A stretch of 64,000 nucleotides of DNA from Tubiluchus corallicola (taxonomy: Eukaryota > Animalia > Priapulida): NCBI GenBank assembly GCA_030141605.1, contig JAQGDQ010000126.1, forward strand, positions 372,001 to 436,000, given 5' to 3'. This document shows, piece by piece, positions 1-14,334 of the stretch. The notes under the pieces are model-generated. The model searched no databases, was not told the DNA's origin, and saw only the letters and a list, made by a program, of their open reading frames with translations. The position numbers were made by a program, and so were the translations under genes. How positions within the stretch are numbered: the stretch's first letter is position 1; each line of letters begins with the position of its first letter.

Positions 1-2269
1 ATTTTACGGCGATAATACTACTATAGTCACTCATAGATCATAACGTGTTCCTGAAAGACCATTATAATCTAAATTAGACCTGATTCCCTATTCAGTATTT
101 TATGGTAATATGAATGTCTGGTAATCACAACAGCCATGTTGGCCTACTTAAGCTCATCATAATTATACAGAAACACATGTTCCCAGTAATGAATGCTATA
201 CCTTGTATTGTATTAGACAGGTAAAATCTCATAGTTAGATTTATATTCTATAATAATTGCATGCACTTTCTGATAGAATGATTCTTCTGGGCATTTCTGC
301 TGCATGCTTACTATAATGAGACATCTGAGAGCCACAAACATGACTCGTTCTTAGAAATTCTAAGTAAAATCTGCTTTCCTATCCCACTCAGGCATTCATC
401 AGCCTAGATGCTGATCTTTTACAGACTGATTAAAGTATTCAACAAGGAGAACGGTTTGCTTTAGTTCCGGCTTTCCACAATTTAACCAATTTTATGTAAT
501 ATATATTTAAAATTTTGCCATTACTTTCAACGTTGATAATGCCTGCTTGGAAATATAATAGCAAAAAAACTTACCTCGCAAGATTATTGTGATGACCCTG
601 ATCATGTACTTCCTATAGGGGAACCAAGGGCATGCTGCTTTAGTTTTACGTCTCAAAACGGAAGGGACCTAGTGTCATAGCCACTAATTGTGTGGATGTA
701 GATTGGCCTAACTTCAAAAATGTTAAAAATATAGGGGACTAGGGTCTATTTGGCCCATTTACACTCTATACAATTTAATCATCATCAAATTCCATAATGA
801 TTCACAACAATTTAAGTAAAAAGCTCAATAATGCCAAAATAACCATATTAACAAAGCTTGGGGTTAGTATAAACGTTTGCATAAACCTAAACGTGTTTTT
901 AGGAACACGTTTCCTTTAAAGCGAACAGTTTGTAGAACGGTAAAATCTCTGCGTCTGAATTCAGTTGTCTCCAAAAATTACCAATTAGTCTTTACCCAGC
1001 TAGTAGAATCCAAGAAGAACACTAAGCTAGTATACGTGATGTTTACGTTATCATTGCGACATTAGTTACGATCGTAAGGAATGCAAAAAGTACCTGTTAC
1101 CACTATAATGGATGTGTTTCTGTAGTAGGTCGATCTCTGTCAGTCAGTAAGTAACTCAACTACTGCAGACTGCAAACCAGCGTCTCTGAAAAAACTGTTG
1201 ACGACCACAGGTTACACCAGTTAGACTTTCAGTGCATCACATGTACATTACACAAGATTTCTTGTGTGAAGCTTTTTATTACGGCCTTTCTCTTTGGATA
1301 ATATAACCTCACAGATTCGCAAAAAAGACCTGTTTCGTACTGTGTCAATTTGCCGTCTACATCCGAGCAATGTTAAACGAAGTTCACCGAGAAGCCTCTC
1401 GGTTAAACAGCAATAATTTTATTCACCTATATATATTTATATATTGGCGTTAGCCTTGACTTAGAGCATCGTAGTCATAGACGCGATCGGGCAGATAAGT
1501 GTAGGTCAGACGAAATGATTCAAAAGGGGGGTTTGTTAGTAGGTATCTACATCCCATCAAAATATGAATAATTGATCTATCACTGCCAGTAGCTAAGTAT
1601 CATACATATCAATTAAACATACAAGTTATTATTTCAATGTAAATGAAATCTTAAGATTGCATAAGTATAATGTGAGAACTACTAAATATAGGGCGAGACT
1701 TGACAATTGTATATTAAAGGCTAAAAACGCGCATGCAGAAACTACGGTGACTTGAAATCTGAAAAATGCTAACGATCCAGTAGGTTTGTTTGACGCCAAT
1801 GGTTGTAGAATGTGCATTGCGCACGACTTTACACACTATCATATTTTATTGGTTTTATATACCAATTAACTGCTTCAAATTTCGCACATCTAAGATTCGT
1901 CACCAAATAAACCACACTAGCTATCGCCGCACACTTTTGATGCATTGCGTACACCCTAAGTGGCCTTACAGTACGCACGTAGCCGTGCAAAGCGTTTATA
2001 ATTTTTCCCATTTTTAATATTTTTCATAGCAAAATTTGTGTCCTGTAAAATACGTAAATGTCTTTTCTTTCACTATTGAATAGAATTAATTTGTATAGGA
2101 GTATTGTATTGTGTGTGTTGAAAGTTTTGAACAGAAGAAAATGTAAAACAACTGTAATCGCTTAATACTAAAACTCTATGTTAATTTGAATATAATTATT
2201 TGCTAAAAACTATATCGGCTATAATCGCATCAGTGATGCACTTGGGCTTTAATCATTGTAGTATCATTT

Positions 2270-2370
2270 TATTATTACCATTATCATTATCATCACCATC
2301 ATCATCATCATCATCGTCGTCGTCGTCATCATCATCATCATTGTCATCATCATCATCATTATTATCATTA
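2270..2370. repeat. Imperfect (TCA/TTA/TCG)n microsatellite
   Basis: Read directly from sequence. Confidence 0.9.
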
Positions 2371-2927
2371 TTTTATTCGCATAGAAATTTTATACGGTAA
2401 TGCAGTTTTAGAATAACAAATAAGTTTTGTTAGTAATTTAAAAAACAAAAGACGATGAAATCCATATACACATCACATTGCATTATTAGCTTTTCTTGAT
2501 TGTTTTTAGTGGTTTCTATCCTCGTCGAACATTTAAAACTGTGCACAATTAGCCACAGTGACATGACTTACACTCACTCAGGCGAATCTAATTTACAATG
2601 ACAGTTAATATCAATAATTAGCTATGTGTGTTAAATGATGCCGCAATACAGTATCAACCTTGCGATTAATGCACTCATGCGCTCTACTTCATTATGCTCC
2701 CAGGAGATGTTCCTTACATTCGTGTGATTTGGTCATCATATACAAGAGTTTCTAGAAGCTTTTAGAGGGGATTCAACAAACATATTGTCATAGTATTTCT
2801 TTCATTCATTATTTCTTGCCGCTTTATTTATTTATTGAATTTGATCGGCACTGTCAGTATTATAACAAAAAACTTACCATCATCATCATGTCAAATCGAA
2901 TGTGACAGGGAAATGAGTGAGATGGAG

Positions 2928-3175
<248 letters not shown>

Positions 3176-3559
3176 CCAAAGTTATTACAAAGTGAAGTTA
3201 CACTATTGCAGAGTTCCAGTGAATGTGCTTGCAGTACATGAGAAATAACATGACCACAAGTTTCACAGAGTAAAGGTGGTATTAATAGGAAAGCATTGTA
3301 CTTTTTGCTTCCTTTGCCGAGCTTCGCTATGCTTTTGGGCCAAATTAAGAGTTGCAGTTTTGCGTTTTTACGTTTTTCCATATTGTTCGATCTTGTGATA
3401 ATTCTTCCTACAAATTGATATAAATTTCAGCTGGCCAGTAGATGGATGGGTGACTATATACTGCATTTTCTGGACAGCACCAGTTATTTACCTTACCGTA
3501 GGACGGTGTAAGCCTAAATACATAATAATAATTAAAAATAATTTCGCAGGACATATTCC

Positions 3560-3750
3560 AGGGATAACACCATAAGTAACTCAATACTTATTTCCAAGGT
3601 GGTCGCATTTATTATTACCCATGTTACTTCGATAAGCCTACGTGATTGGTATAACAAACAGCGACACAATTTTTAAATCTTTAGTATGACTCATTCGGGA
3701 GTGGAACCCGCGACCTCCAGAAAGGGGAGAAGCAAACACGCTACCGTTGA
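3560..3750 (-). mobile_element. tRNA-derived SINE remnant
   Basis: The - strand has an A-box-like GGTAGCGTG and a B-box-like GGTCGCGGGTTCCACTCCC, followed by GAGTCATACTAAAGATTTAAAA. No acceptor stem. Confidence 0.55.
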
Positions 3751-5615
3751 GCTATTTTCCTGCTCTAAGTGCGGCTAAGACATCTCTCCCAGTCTGTTTT
3801 CATTAATAGCTTTCCTTGAGCCAGTCTTTCTTTTAATGATAATTGCATATCTTAGTTATTACTGTGTTCACGACCACACAGTTTCAAACTAATTAACTCA
3901 GTCATTACGTTCCACTCATGCAAATGCCGTGCTCAATTTAATTTTCGTCACATTTTAATTTCTGAAGAAACGGCTATTGTTCATTTCTATCGTCAGACGT
4001 CATAGAGGCTCGTAAACTTAACAAAGCGAAACGATACGGCATTTATCGCTGACTGCGCGTCACGCGAACTGCTAAAATTTTTGCACGGGGTCTCTGGCGG
4101 TACATCGCAAACACATAAATGACTGAAATATATACGCTATATCCTTGTAGCACCGAGTCAGGCCGCAAAAGCTTCTTAACGTCTTTTGAATCACGGAAGA
4201 CGAGAACAAGAATGCGTCTTGATTTTCAACACTTGCAAAGAATTATTATGACGACCATTATTCATCACCTGGCCTGAATTAAGTATAGATGCAGTCATAT
4301 AGAAGCAACTAAACGTAGTGCATTACTTGTGAACAATACCAAATTTAACAGTCTAAGTCTATGTAAAGTGCTCAGTTAGACTATAGTATAAATATGATAA
4401 CATGAATTTTTTTAAATTTTTCACGGTGATTTTGACCGTTATTTTATTAAGCTATTTTAATTTTAGCCTGCTTATCTTCAAACATTATAATATTTAAAGT
4501 AGGCCCGTCGAGTTCTTTCAGGGATACCAGATTGCTGACTAAGCCTGTAATTTAACAAGAATAATATAATAAGAGCCAAGTGACTTTAATGGTGGGTCGA
4601 GGCTTTGGCGTTTTTACATGATAGGCAAGTAAGCGAGCAAGTAATTAGAAGTTTATCAATTTCTATAAAAGAAAATTCCTCACCTGCATAAAATAAATAA
4701 ATAAATTTATGAACTCAAAATTCGACAATCCTTATTGGGCTAAGATTTTTTCAAAGTTTGAATTCGTGTTAACAGTTTAATTTTGTTTTGGCTTTCGTTA
4801 CGACACAAAGAAATAGTTTTGTGCAATCGAAAAAAGACATTGATGATTAAAATAATGCGCCATGACTGAATTAATGCATCAAGGTGTCCTAAACCGATAT
4901 GAACCACTGGATCAATAATCTAAGTGCATTTGACGTGAGCGTAAATTTCTCTAAAAGCCGCTGACAACTTCGTTTTGCGAATTTCTTCAATATATCGTAA
5001 TGCCGTCACCTATAATTTACCGTTATTATCTGAACCGGAACTGCCCAGACGAGAAGGAGAAAAACTTCTTCCCGTTTAGTCGTTAGATGACTTTCAATCT
5101 TACGTGAAAACGGCTTACTTTTCGATCAATTATGTATCGGCAGGATCTTCAACGACAAAATTGCACTCATTTAGTTTTCCCGGGTTTAGAATTCATGTTA
5201 CTAAAGGTGCTGTAATGCAAGTTCGTGTACTGTGTCTTATTCCTCTGCATGTGACATTCCTTTAGTTTAGGGTGCGCTTGAGTATAGAAATTTCCAGGCG
5301 CGGGTACACGTGCCATTCAAAAATTGTCACGCAACTGGTGGACTTTGTGACTTTTCGTAAGCGCTACTCCTTGGCCTAATTCAAACTTCTGCAACTTACC
5401 TTGCCTGCAGTTAGTCACGTTGATGCATCATCATCACCGTCATCATCGACATCATCACCAAGACAGCTCATCTAATGTTCATGCAAAAATATCACAGAAT
5501 TAGCTATCTATTTTTTTTGTATAAACTTATTATACTTTAGACGGAAATTAACACTGTTCGCTTCTCAAATCTGTACTTCTTAGGTTTACAGTAATCTTGA
5601 TTAAACACAAATTCT

Positions 5616-5617
<2 letters not shown>

Positions 5618-5700
<83 letters not shown>

Positions 5701-5716
5701 CGCTCCCTCTCTCTCT
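5618..5716. repeat. (CT)n microsatellite
   Basis: Read directly from sequence. Confidence 0.95.
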
Positions 5717-5998
5717 GCTGAATAAAATTGAAGCTTTTCAGGTCGCCTTTAAATGGGTCATTTTCCGGTGATGCATAAGTTAATGTGTCAATGCTGCAAG
5801 TACAAGACACCATTGAAAGTAACTTCATTGAATTACTAATCCATCAAAGCTGCCGGGCATAAGATATGATAAAATAAAAGTTCATTAAATATTCTTCATA
5901 AGCAGCACAGCAAAATTTATTTCAGTAACTAGAACAGATTGACATTAGCTATTTTATATCAGTTCCATTTCTCCAATGTTTCGGACCTTGTTTATTTG

Positions 5999-5999
<1 letters not shown>

Positions 6000-6053
<54 letters not shown>

Positions 6054-6070
6054 TGCGAACGTGCGTGTGT
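6000..6070. repeat. (TG)n/(TGCG)n microsatellite
   Basis: Read directly from sequence. Confidence 0.95.
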
Positions 6071-6244
6071 GGTAAATATTTAGAATTGAACTGGAATGGG
6101 ACCAGTAAACGTATCAAGGCGGACAGTACTGGTAGAGAATGCCGTGTGCAAATGTTCAACCTTTAGACGTGAGAGAGATCCGTTGTTTTCCAGTTTAGAG
6201 GTAAACCGAATGTTCAGAGGTTTGGATAAGATTTTATGGTTTGG

Positions 6245-7430
6245 TCACTTGAAAAGAACAGTATCGTCTACATAGCAACGGTACAGCAAGGATTTAAAAT
6301 CAGTCGGTTCCTCTCCTGATAGTACAGAAATGACGAGAGTGGGGCTAAGAGAAGAACCCATAGCTACTCCATCAGTTCGTTCATACAGAAACCATTTGAA
6401 AGCAAATGCACAAGAAGGCACAGCCACTTTCATTTATCAGTTCAAGTGTCAAGACTGTGACTTATTTATCTTAAAGACATTCCACCTTTTGGGTATGTGG
6501 ATTTGTGAACACATGGGTATATCAGCCAGAAGTAGAAAAACTCTCCTCCCTTCCTCAGTTAAGTATCTTGGACCACAAAATGCACACTTTTGTTCATCAG
6601 CTGACTTCACTCTTATTTATACAAGTCGGCATAAATACGTAGACCCTGAAACTGACCGCCTGCTTAATGAAAGTATTAGCACACTTCTCCTCAAACCAAG
6701 CCTCAATCAGGACCAGTCCTCTTTTCATCTAAAACCTTTTCAGTTTTGTCTGTGACCCACCCTTTACCTGTAAATATTATAATTTGAATCTTTCCTAAAA
6801 TTTCTTTCTGTTTCCGAATGGCTTCACCTTACTTTACTGTACTTCTTCTATTTCTTTCCGAATGGCTTCACCTTACTTTACTGTACTTCTTCTATTTCTT
6901 TCCGAATGGCTTCACCTTACTTTACTGTACTTCTTCTATTTCTTTCCGAATGGCTTCACCTTACTTTACTGTACTTCTTCTATTCTGTTTCCGAATGGCT
7001 TCACCTTACTTTACTGTACTTCTTCTATTCTGTTTCCGAATGGCTTCACCTTACTTTACTGTACTTCTTCTATTTCCGAATGGCTTCACCTTACTTTACT
7101 GTACTTCTTCTATTTCTGAATGGCTTCACCTTACTTTACTGTACTTCTTCTATTTCTGAATGGCTTCACCTTACTTTACTGCACTTCTTCTATTCTCTTT
7201 CCACTGCACTAACGGCTGAAGTACGTGTTTGATAGATGCAGCTTGGACTGGCAAACAGATGGTAGCATCGTGTGGTTAGCAATTTTAGTTTACTTTTGTT
7301 ATTCACTTGTTTGTTTACCTTTAATAAGACGATTAAATTGTACTTGTGACTTTTGTTACTTATAACTTGTGTGTATTACTTTTTTGTAGTGAGAGGACGG
7401 GTTATTTTATGAACCCGAAACATCACTCTT
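6245..7430. mobile_element. Degenerate Penelope-like retroelement: RT fragment on -, GIY-YIG fragment on +, 3' region with tandem array and hammerhead-like motif
   Basis: The - ORF has DGVAMGSSLSP and YRCYVDDT (PLE RT motifs). The + ORF has IYQFKCQDCD..KT.HL...ICEH.GIS...ES..LLLKPSLN (PLE GIY-YIG C-terminus). Confidence 0.75.
6808..7203. repeat. Minisatellite, 9 units of 40-45 bp (ccgaatggcttcaccttactttactgtacttcttctat...)
   Basis: The ATG of each unit falls at 6818, 6862, 6906, 6950, 6995, 7040, 7080, 7120 and 7160. Confidence 0.95.
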
Positions 7431-7599
7431 AAACTTTAACCAGACAGAACAAAATATGCTAATTTCAATCTTAGTTTTAACTACAGAGCAACACTCATGT
7501 CATAGTCATTAGGAAGACGCACCTTCAGGACCACAGTTCAACTAACTTCACAAATGATCGTCACCCCAGAAAATAAAGTATTGATAAAGATATGTTGCT

Positions 7600-8005
7600 A
7601 AGAAAAAATGGGATTTAATCCTCTGGATTACGGTGTCTGGAATTCCCTCAAAAACGCACAATTGCGGCCCTAGCCGTTTGATGCAGAAGAACTAAAGACA
7701 AAATGTTGAGTGTTGGGATCAAGTACCCCTTAAAGCTGTGTCAGCTGTGGGGCGAAATGCCTTCGTCTAGTTTGCAAAAAATGGTGGACAAAATAGTGAC
7801 ACCACTTCTTTTCCGGCATTTGTTTTTGACTTGTTAATTTGAAAGTTCTGTATCTTTGGACAAATCTAAGAGCATGACCTACAATTTTTGCGTTTTTACA
7901 TAAACGTCTGTATCATTAATTCGGTAATTTTCTCGCAAAATCCGTTATTTTCTTCTTATAACATCGTGATCAAAACTTCGGTACATTTTTTGTGCCACCT
8001 GATGT
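7600..8005 (+). mobile_element. Tc1/mariner remnant (transposase C-terminal fragment and probable TIR end)
   Basis: FNPLDYGVWNSLK...FDAEELKTK from 7614 (SPDLNPLDY-type motif, one stop codon). Terminal ttttttgtgccacctgatgta near 7986-8005. Confidence 0.6.
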
Positions 8006-11000
8006 AAACCAGCGTCTATAAAAATGGGTCATGAATAATTAGTTACAACTCGGGATTTGGAATAGTCTACAACACATTCACCGCGTAACAAGGTTTAAAT
8101 AAGTGATGAAGTCGTTGATTCCGTTGTTCAAACAAATCAAGAAAGTAATCATCAGCACCGTACAAGCTTTCACAGTCGAAACAACAACATGCATGCATGT
8201 AGCTACTTTTGTGAGCAAAACTGTTTTTATTTTTCATTATTTTTCTTTTCTATGTCTCTCTCTCTTTCTATCTCCCCCTTCTTTCTCTCTCTCTCTCTCC
8301 ACTATTTACTAATGTATGTTTTTTGTTCATGTTGTTACCGCGGCGAAATGTCATTTGATGGTTTAATACATTATGAAGCCCATTGCACTTAAGCACTGCA
8401 TAGCAGCGATAAGCAGCTGGTATGGAATGGCCTCGTCGGTTCCCTCGGCAGACGGACAGATGCGTTTGCCACCTAGGCACCTATTCCGTTAGTCAAGACC
8501 AGCATTAGAAACGCAGGGAATGATTCTGGCTAGTTTTCACCTTAATTTTCTGTTTGAGTTTCTATATTTCTCGTCTATTTTGTCATCTAGAACATTTGAC
8601 TGATCCAGATTTGAACCATGGACATCTTGGCCGCGTCTTCAACAAGATGTGATTTTTATTTTGTTTTGTGATAAATTATAACAGCCGGTTTGTGCCTATT
8701 TTATGATAAATTTTAACTCTATTATATCCGAAGGACTAAAGTGTCATTTAAATTCTATTATTCTAGAACGATATAATTATTATGCCCGTGAAATCATCAA
8801 TAACTGCCATTACAATGTGAACGTTAAGCTTGGCAACAAAGTGGGTCTCTTGATTTATATCCTGCAATAAACTCTTTTCCTATTGCTATCATGCGAAGTT
8901 GCGTGGACAAAGACTGAGCATGAAGTATAGAGACATAAAATAACGTTATACAAAAGCGTAATTTTATACTCACACCACACCGTGGCAATGGTAGCTATTG
9001 ATACGCAGAGTAGTACTATTACATTAGTAACATTAATGCTATTCTTTATTAGCTTTTTTCGGCTTGCATAATGTATATATAATTGAGTTTGTTACAGTAA
9101 TTCTATAACTCGTGGAGTTTGCCTATTCCCGTAAGATTAATGGTGCCCGCGTTTCTAGTTGGTTTTAACCATCATTATCATGTATTTTTAATCATACTCT
9201 TTCTAGCATCATCCAACGTGCCGTAAAACTAAAGGTTTTGTTATTTTTCATTAGTTTTACATTTCAAACGGTTTTAGTTGTGCATATAATTATTTTCATG
9301 TACTATGTCAACTACACAATGCGCATTTTAGAAGCCCCTGGTAGGTCTGCATAAAATTAACCAATTTGCTAATCAATGACTTCTGAAAATGTTATAGTGG
9401 TTTGAATTTTATTGCTCACAGACTTTGAGTAGTAAGGTTCGACGCACCTGATGGGCGCCAGAAACTACGTCTGCGACTAAGAAAGCCACATAGTCTCTAT
9501 TGTGGTCCACCTTGTGACTGCGGCTACTGGCTAGTGATTTTATACATCTGTGTTTCTTCCGTTTCTTCCTTATTTTTGACTCTTTGTCTTCTTTATCCGC
9601 AGTTGACGCTGACTGTTAAGTATCCAGTTTTCTATTTTTAATTCATATTAACATGCAAACGGAAAAGGGCGTGAGTCACGGAACTTACAGGGAGATACAT
9701 GGAGTAAGGGCCTTGAGACCTCGGTCAAGGGCCATATTGGTCATATTAGTCAGTTTTCGATTGCCGTTCAACTCCTCCTTAGACTTTGAGTTAAATACAA
9801 TTTTTTATAACATTTGGGTATTTCTGGGTACATGTGTACTTGTGTTTTCAAGAAGCTGGGATTTCTAAGAGCCGGGAATAGGAGCCTAAATGCATAGCAT
9901 TGAATATCTGTAAACCTATTGAAACTAGAGTCATGAAACTTGAGGTAAGGGCTCAGACAAATGTAGAATTGGGATTTTTAATGGTCGGAGACAGAAGCCA
10001 AAATGTGAAAAATACGGCAAATCACTTTGTCTCAAATTGTAAAAGTAAATAACTCCAAAACTATAGTACGCAGAGCCACAGAATTTGAAATTAATCACGA
10101 GAATCGTGCACACTGGTTCTTGACGCTTGAGCGTAATTATCTGTACAAGCAGGTATTGGCATGAGTTAACAACACGTGACCTGGTATAGTGAGGTGTAAA
10201 CATGGCGTTGGACTTGAATCTGAATTAATTTAGTCCTGTTCTACATTCTTGTATCCTTTTTAGTGTAAAATCCTTCTTATGTGCCAATAATATAAACAAA
10301 AACTCCCCCAAAGAATTATTTCAATAGTGATAGTTTGAAGCGTTGTGCACTTTCTTTCTTTTTCTTTCTTTTTAATTGTGGGCTATTTATTCTTCGTCTG
10401 CTAGCTTCAGTTGAAAATTACTGAAACGTAAATTTAACGTTTGCTTCAGCTTTTGTGCTTTTTACTATTTTAGCTTCTAGTTGCGTCTAGTTGCGTTTCT
10501 AAGCTGAAATACATCTCAGTTTAATATCTCCAATTTATTATGGCATTAATATCCAGATATGACATTAATGAAACAGATCAAGTATCAATTTCACATTGAT
10601 CAAATCCTATATATGTATAACGCTGGTACTAGCACGTAATAGTATCTCAGTGGTTGCTCACTGACAATATCATTATAATTTTGCAAACCATAGGTCCTAA
10701 GTGGGTTCATTGTGGGACCCTATCATGAAGCCTAAGCAGTTTAGAAAAGGTGTAACTAATCTTTACACATCTTTCCTTGTAATTTAAGAAGGATCATGAT
10801 CTAGGTACTAAAGAGGATCAAACGCTGTGGCAAAACCTAATAGACATAACGAGGCCACTGTGTATGTTTTTCCAGAGGAATAGCTGCAAATTTCAGAAGA
10901 GATATTAGGTATATCAACAGGACTGAGAGCTCATTTGCAAAAGTTACTTGACTGATAATGGGTAACTGATTGCTTGGAATAGCTTTTAACTTCACTGTAG

Positions 11001-11183
11001 CTAAACTCTGTTTAATTTGTTGATGATGTATGACAGCCATTGTGCTGACAGAAAAGCGAGGAGTAAAGCCAAATGAAGTGCGGGCGTGGCATTGCTATTG
11101 CAAATCTGACCAAAATATTCATTTTCTGTTTTAACCCGATTTATGTTGAATTAAAAGTTTTCAAATTTCAGTCTATTGAGTTT

Positions 11184-11593
11184 TGCCTATCGTGCACCAA
11201 AGCAGCCATGGTCTGGCGTCCGTGTCCAATGTCTGGAGGCGAGAAATAGAACGTCGCTGAGTATACAAAATCATTGATTTTGGCAGTGGACGCTGGAAGC
11301 CAGACACTGGGAAACTGAGAGTCTGGCGTTCAGCGTCCTGTCTCTGTTCCTCAACCAGCCAAAAACGACTGAGCCTGTGAGACAACATAGCCCATGTTTA
11401 CAATCATTAGCAAAAGTTTAAAACCACCTTACAAAAGTAAAATTAGAATCTTAATTGAAAAATGTAGCAGACTGACTTTATTTTCTTCACAAACCTTTAA
11501 ACTGCATAATATTTGCATTAGGTTTTTCGCACACTAGACACTGGACGCTTGCAGCTGATGCTTGACGCTGGCTGCTTCGGTGAATCATAGGCA
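11184..11593. mobile_element. MITE with ~25-bp imperfect TIRs
   Basis: Left end tgcctatcgtgcaccaaagcagcca; reverse complement of right end tgcctatgattcaccgaagcagcca. Confidence 0.7.
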
Positions 11594-11734
11594 TAATAAA
11601 CTACTTTATACCAATGTTTGGAACCAATTGAAATAAAATTCAATTTAATTCGTCGGCTTTATTAAAAAAATTTGGATTTCGTACTTTTCCGCTCTATAGC
11701 CTGGCGAAATTGGAGGCTATTTTTACCCCATTTG

Positions 11735-11940
11735 ACATTATGTTGCTTGACGACGTCTAATTTTACATTTCAAACTTTTATTAATCCAAGATTTGATTGA
11801 GTTAAAATCTTTCACACGTTTCTCAGGAAAAGAATCAGTATAAAATTTATAAAAGACGCCATTAAATTTATCAACTTCATCATCAAAATTTATAAAAGAC
11901 GCCATTAAATTTATGAACTTTATCACTAACGCCATTGGCA
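11735..11940 (-). mobile_element. LINE ORF2 fragment (EN-RT linker, CR1/L2-like)
   Basis: FYKFYTDSFPEKRVK...KSWINKSLKCKIRRRQ; contains a ~46-bp tandem duplication. Confidence 0.5.
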
Positions 11941-12657
11941 TGTTCTGTAAGCAAAAAAACACGCAGCATTCTTCATCGCCTGTTTCTAGTTTTGTTGCTA
12001 GTCTATTACTCTTCTTTTCAGTTTCATCTTTCCTCCTCTAGGTGAGTCTTATTTTCTCTCTTGTGTATCTTACACTTTTAAGATTATAAGCGCCCCCTCG
12101 GTAATAATATTAACACCACAGGTGCTCTGCAAGGAATAAACATGTTATTCTCAATAAGTTGTGGCATTGATATCTTTCAGGCGTCTAGTCTTGAATAATA
12201 ATTGTTTTGTTGGAATTGTTTCCTTTTGGCTGTGCTAGTGAATGGCTGGTCCTTACCATCACCTTTCTCTTTGGTGGCAGTCACTGTTAGATGCAAAAAC
12301 ATATCACATATGAAGAAATAATGGCTGTTATTTGATACAAATTTTTGTTGGAGGAGGTTTAAGTAATCAAAAATGCATACTGTTGGGGTAGCGCGCAGAG
12401 AAATGACTGTGCCACTTTGAAGCCTTGTGATTTTCACGCTTTCAAAAAATTGCAACTACGCTTGAAATCAAAAAAAATATTTACGTGAAACAATGTTATG
12501 TGGACTAATGTCGTACTTTGGTTAGCCTCAGACAGTGAGCTTCAGGCAAAAAAAATAGTATGCAAACTGTTTTTTCTCTACCATAATTAGATTGTGCAGT
12601 GTTCCTTTGCGGCTTAACCCGAAATCTTCTCTAAAAATTTTTCTTGTAGTTGCAAAA

Positions 12658-12875
<218 letters not shown>

Positions 12876-14334
12876 AAATTGTTATTACTAAAACTGATCT
12901 TGCACATGTACCATGATGTATAGACGATAAGTATGTACAAGCAAAGGTGTGCGTTAGGAATATTATAAAAGAATTAGTATGCGACATGTAGTTTCTTACT
13001 TACATCATGAAATGATTTCTTGACAGCATGTTTTACATTGTGAATAATGAACAAAGTGCATCCATTTTCAATATTAAATTAAAATCACTCTTATTAATAA
13101 AATGTGACAATTTTGGTATAAGAATCTGACTCGAATTTTGTATTTTATAGAAAAGTTAAGCCTTCGACAGTCTATTAGGAAAATTTGACCAATAGTCCCA
13201 CACAAAAATGCATAAATTGCTTTAAACTTTCGTTTTTTACTTTTTTATTTATTATTTTTAGTTTAAAAAAGTACACGTAATACCATGTTGCACATATTTA
13301 CAATACGCACATGAAAATTATTGATGAAACCACCGTGTTTTGTTTATTCTTAATTTTTTTTCTAAAAAAGTGTTCCAGCTAACTCGTATGACATTTTCGT
13401 CTGTATTGCTAAAGCAAGCTCACAAGCATATAACAAGATAGGCAAACAATAAGAGCACATTAAAGTCCATTGTTTTCCATACTGTTCACATATTAGTACT
13501 TTCAACATCTTCTCTAACGATAGTTTTTTAACTTCCAACTTTTTATTTTACTACAGACACATACACACACATATGCACACACACACTCACCCACCTGCGC
13601 CACGTTAGCAAGTACGTTAGATAATAATAACAACAATATTAGTATGTATTTAGTACGAAAATGCCATTTTCTCTGAAAAAAATGACGTTATCTCTGAAAT
13701 ATTAGCTCTAATCTGCTAAATTCGCGTAATAGTGTAACTTAACTATGCTCAGCTTATACTATTTAGTTTAAAATAAAATAGAATAAAATAAAATAAATTA
13801 GTTCAACTTAAATAAACATAAATTCAATTTTCCACGTGAATTTTCATTTTAGAATTTTAGAGCGCGTGCGTCTTCCTTTGATTTTCTAATGAAAGTTGAC
13901 AAGTTTTACTGTGCAGAAAGATTTATCTATAATTGCGAATCGGAAAATGGAATTTTTCTACAGACTGTTAGCAGAATAATTGGTGCTGTAATAAGATTTA
14001 ATATAATGTTGACTTCTTAGGGTTGTATGTAGAGTACAGTGCATTAAAAACTGGATGAAGACGCATAGAAAAAATTAAGAAGCACGAAAATGCAATATAG
14101 TGGCTGTGTCTTGTAAACAGAAGATCGCTCTTCTAATCCAGGCCATGTTCCAATTTTAAACATTTCTTGTTTTATTATTATTACGCAAATTTCATACCAC
14201 GCCGTTAATTACAATTAGTATTCTATGGCGCCTAGCAACAATTAAATAAAAGCACCAGCATTGTAATTTAAATTTAAACAGATCGCAATAAGAACTAGTT
14301 TGAAATGGCTAAAATGAACAAGCTGAACTTGAGC

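Noticed and set aside
230-620. Possible LINE endonuclease fragment (VDN...DH..P)
   Set aside because: Too degenerate to support without a profile search.
6818-7232. Three overlapping hydrophobic repeat ORFs (MASPYFTVLLL...)
   Set aside because: Artefact of a stop-free 40-45-bp tandem unit read in all frames.
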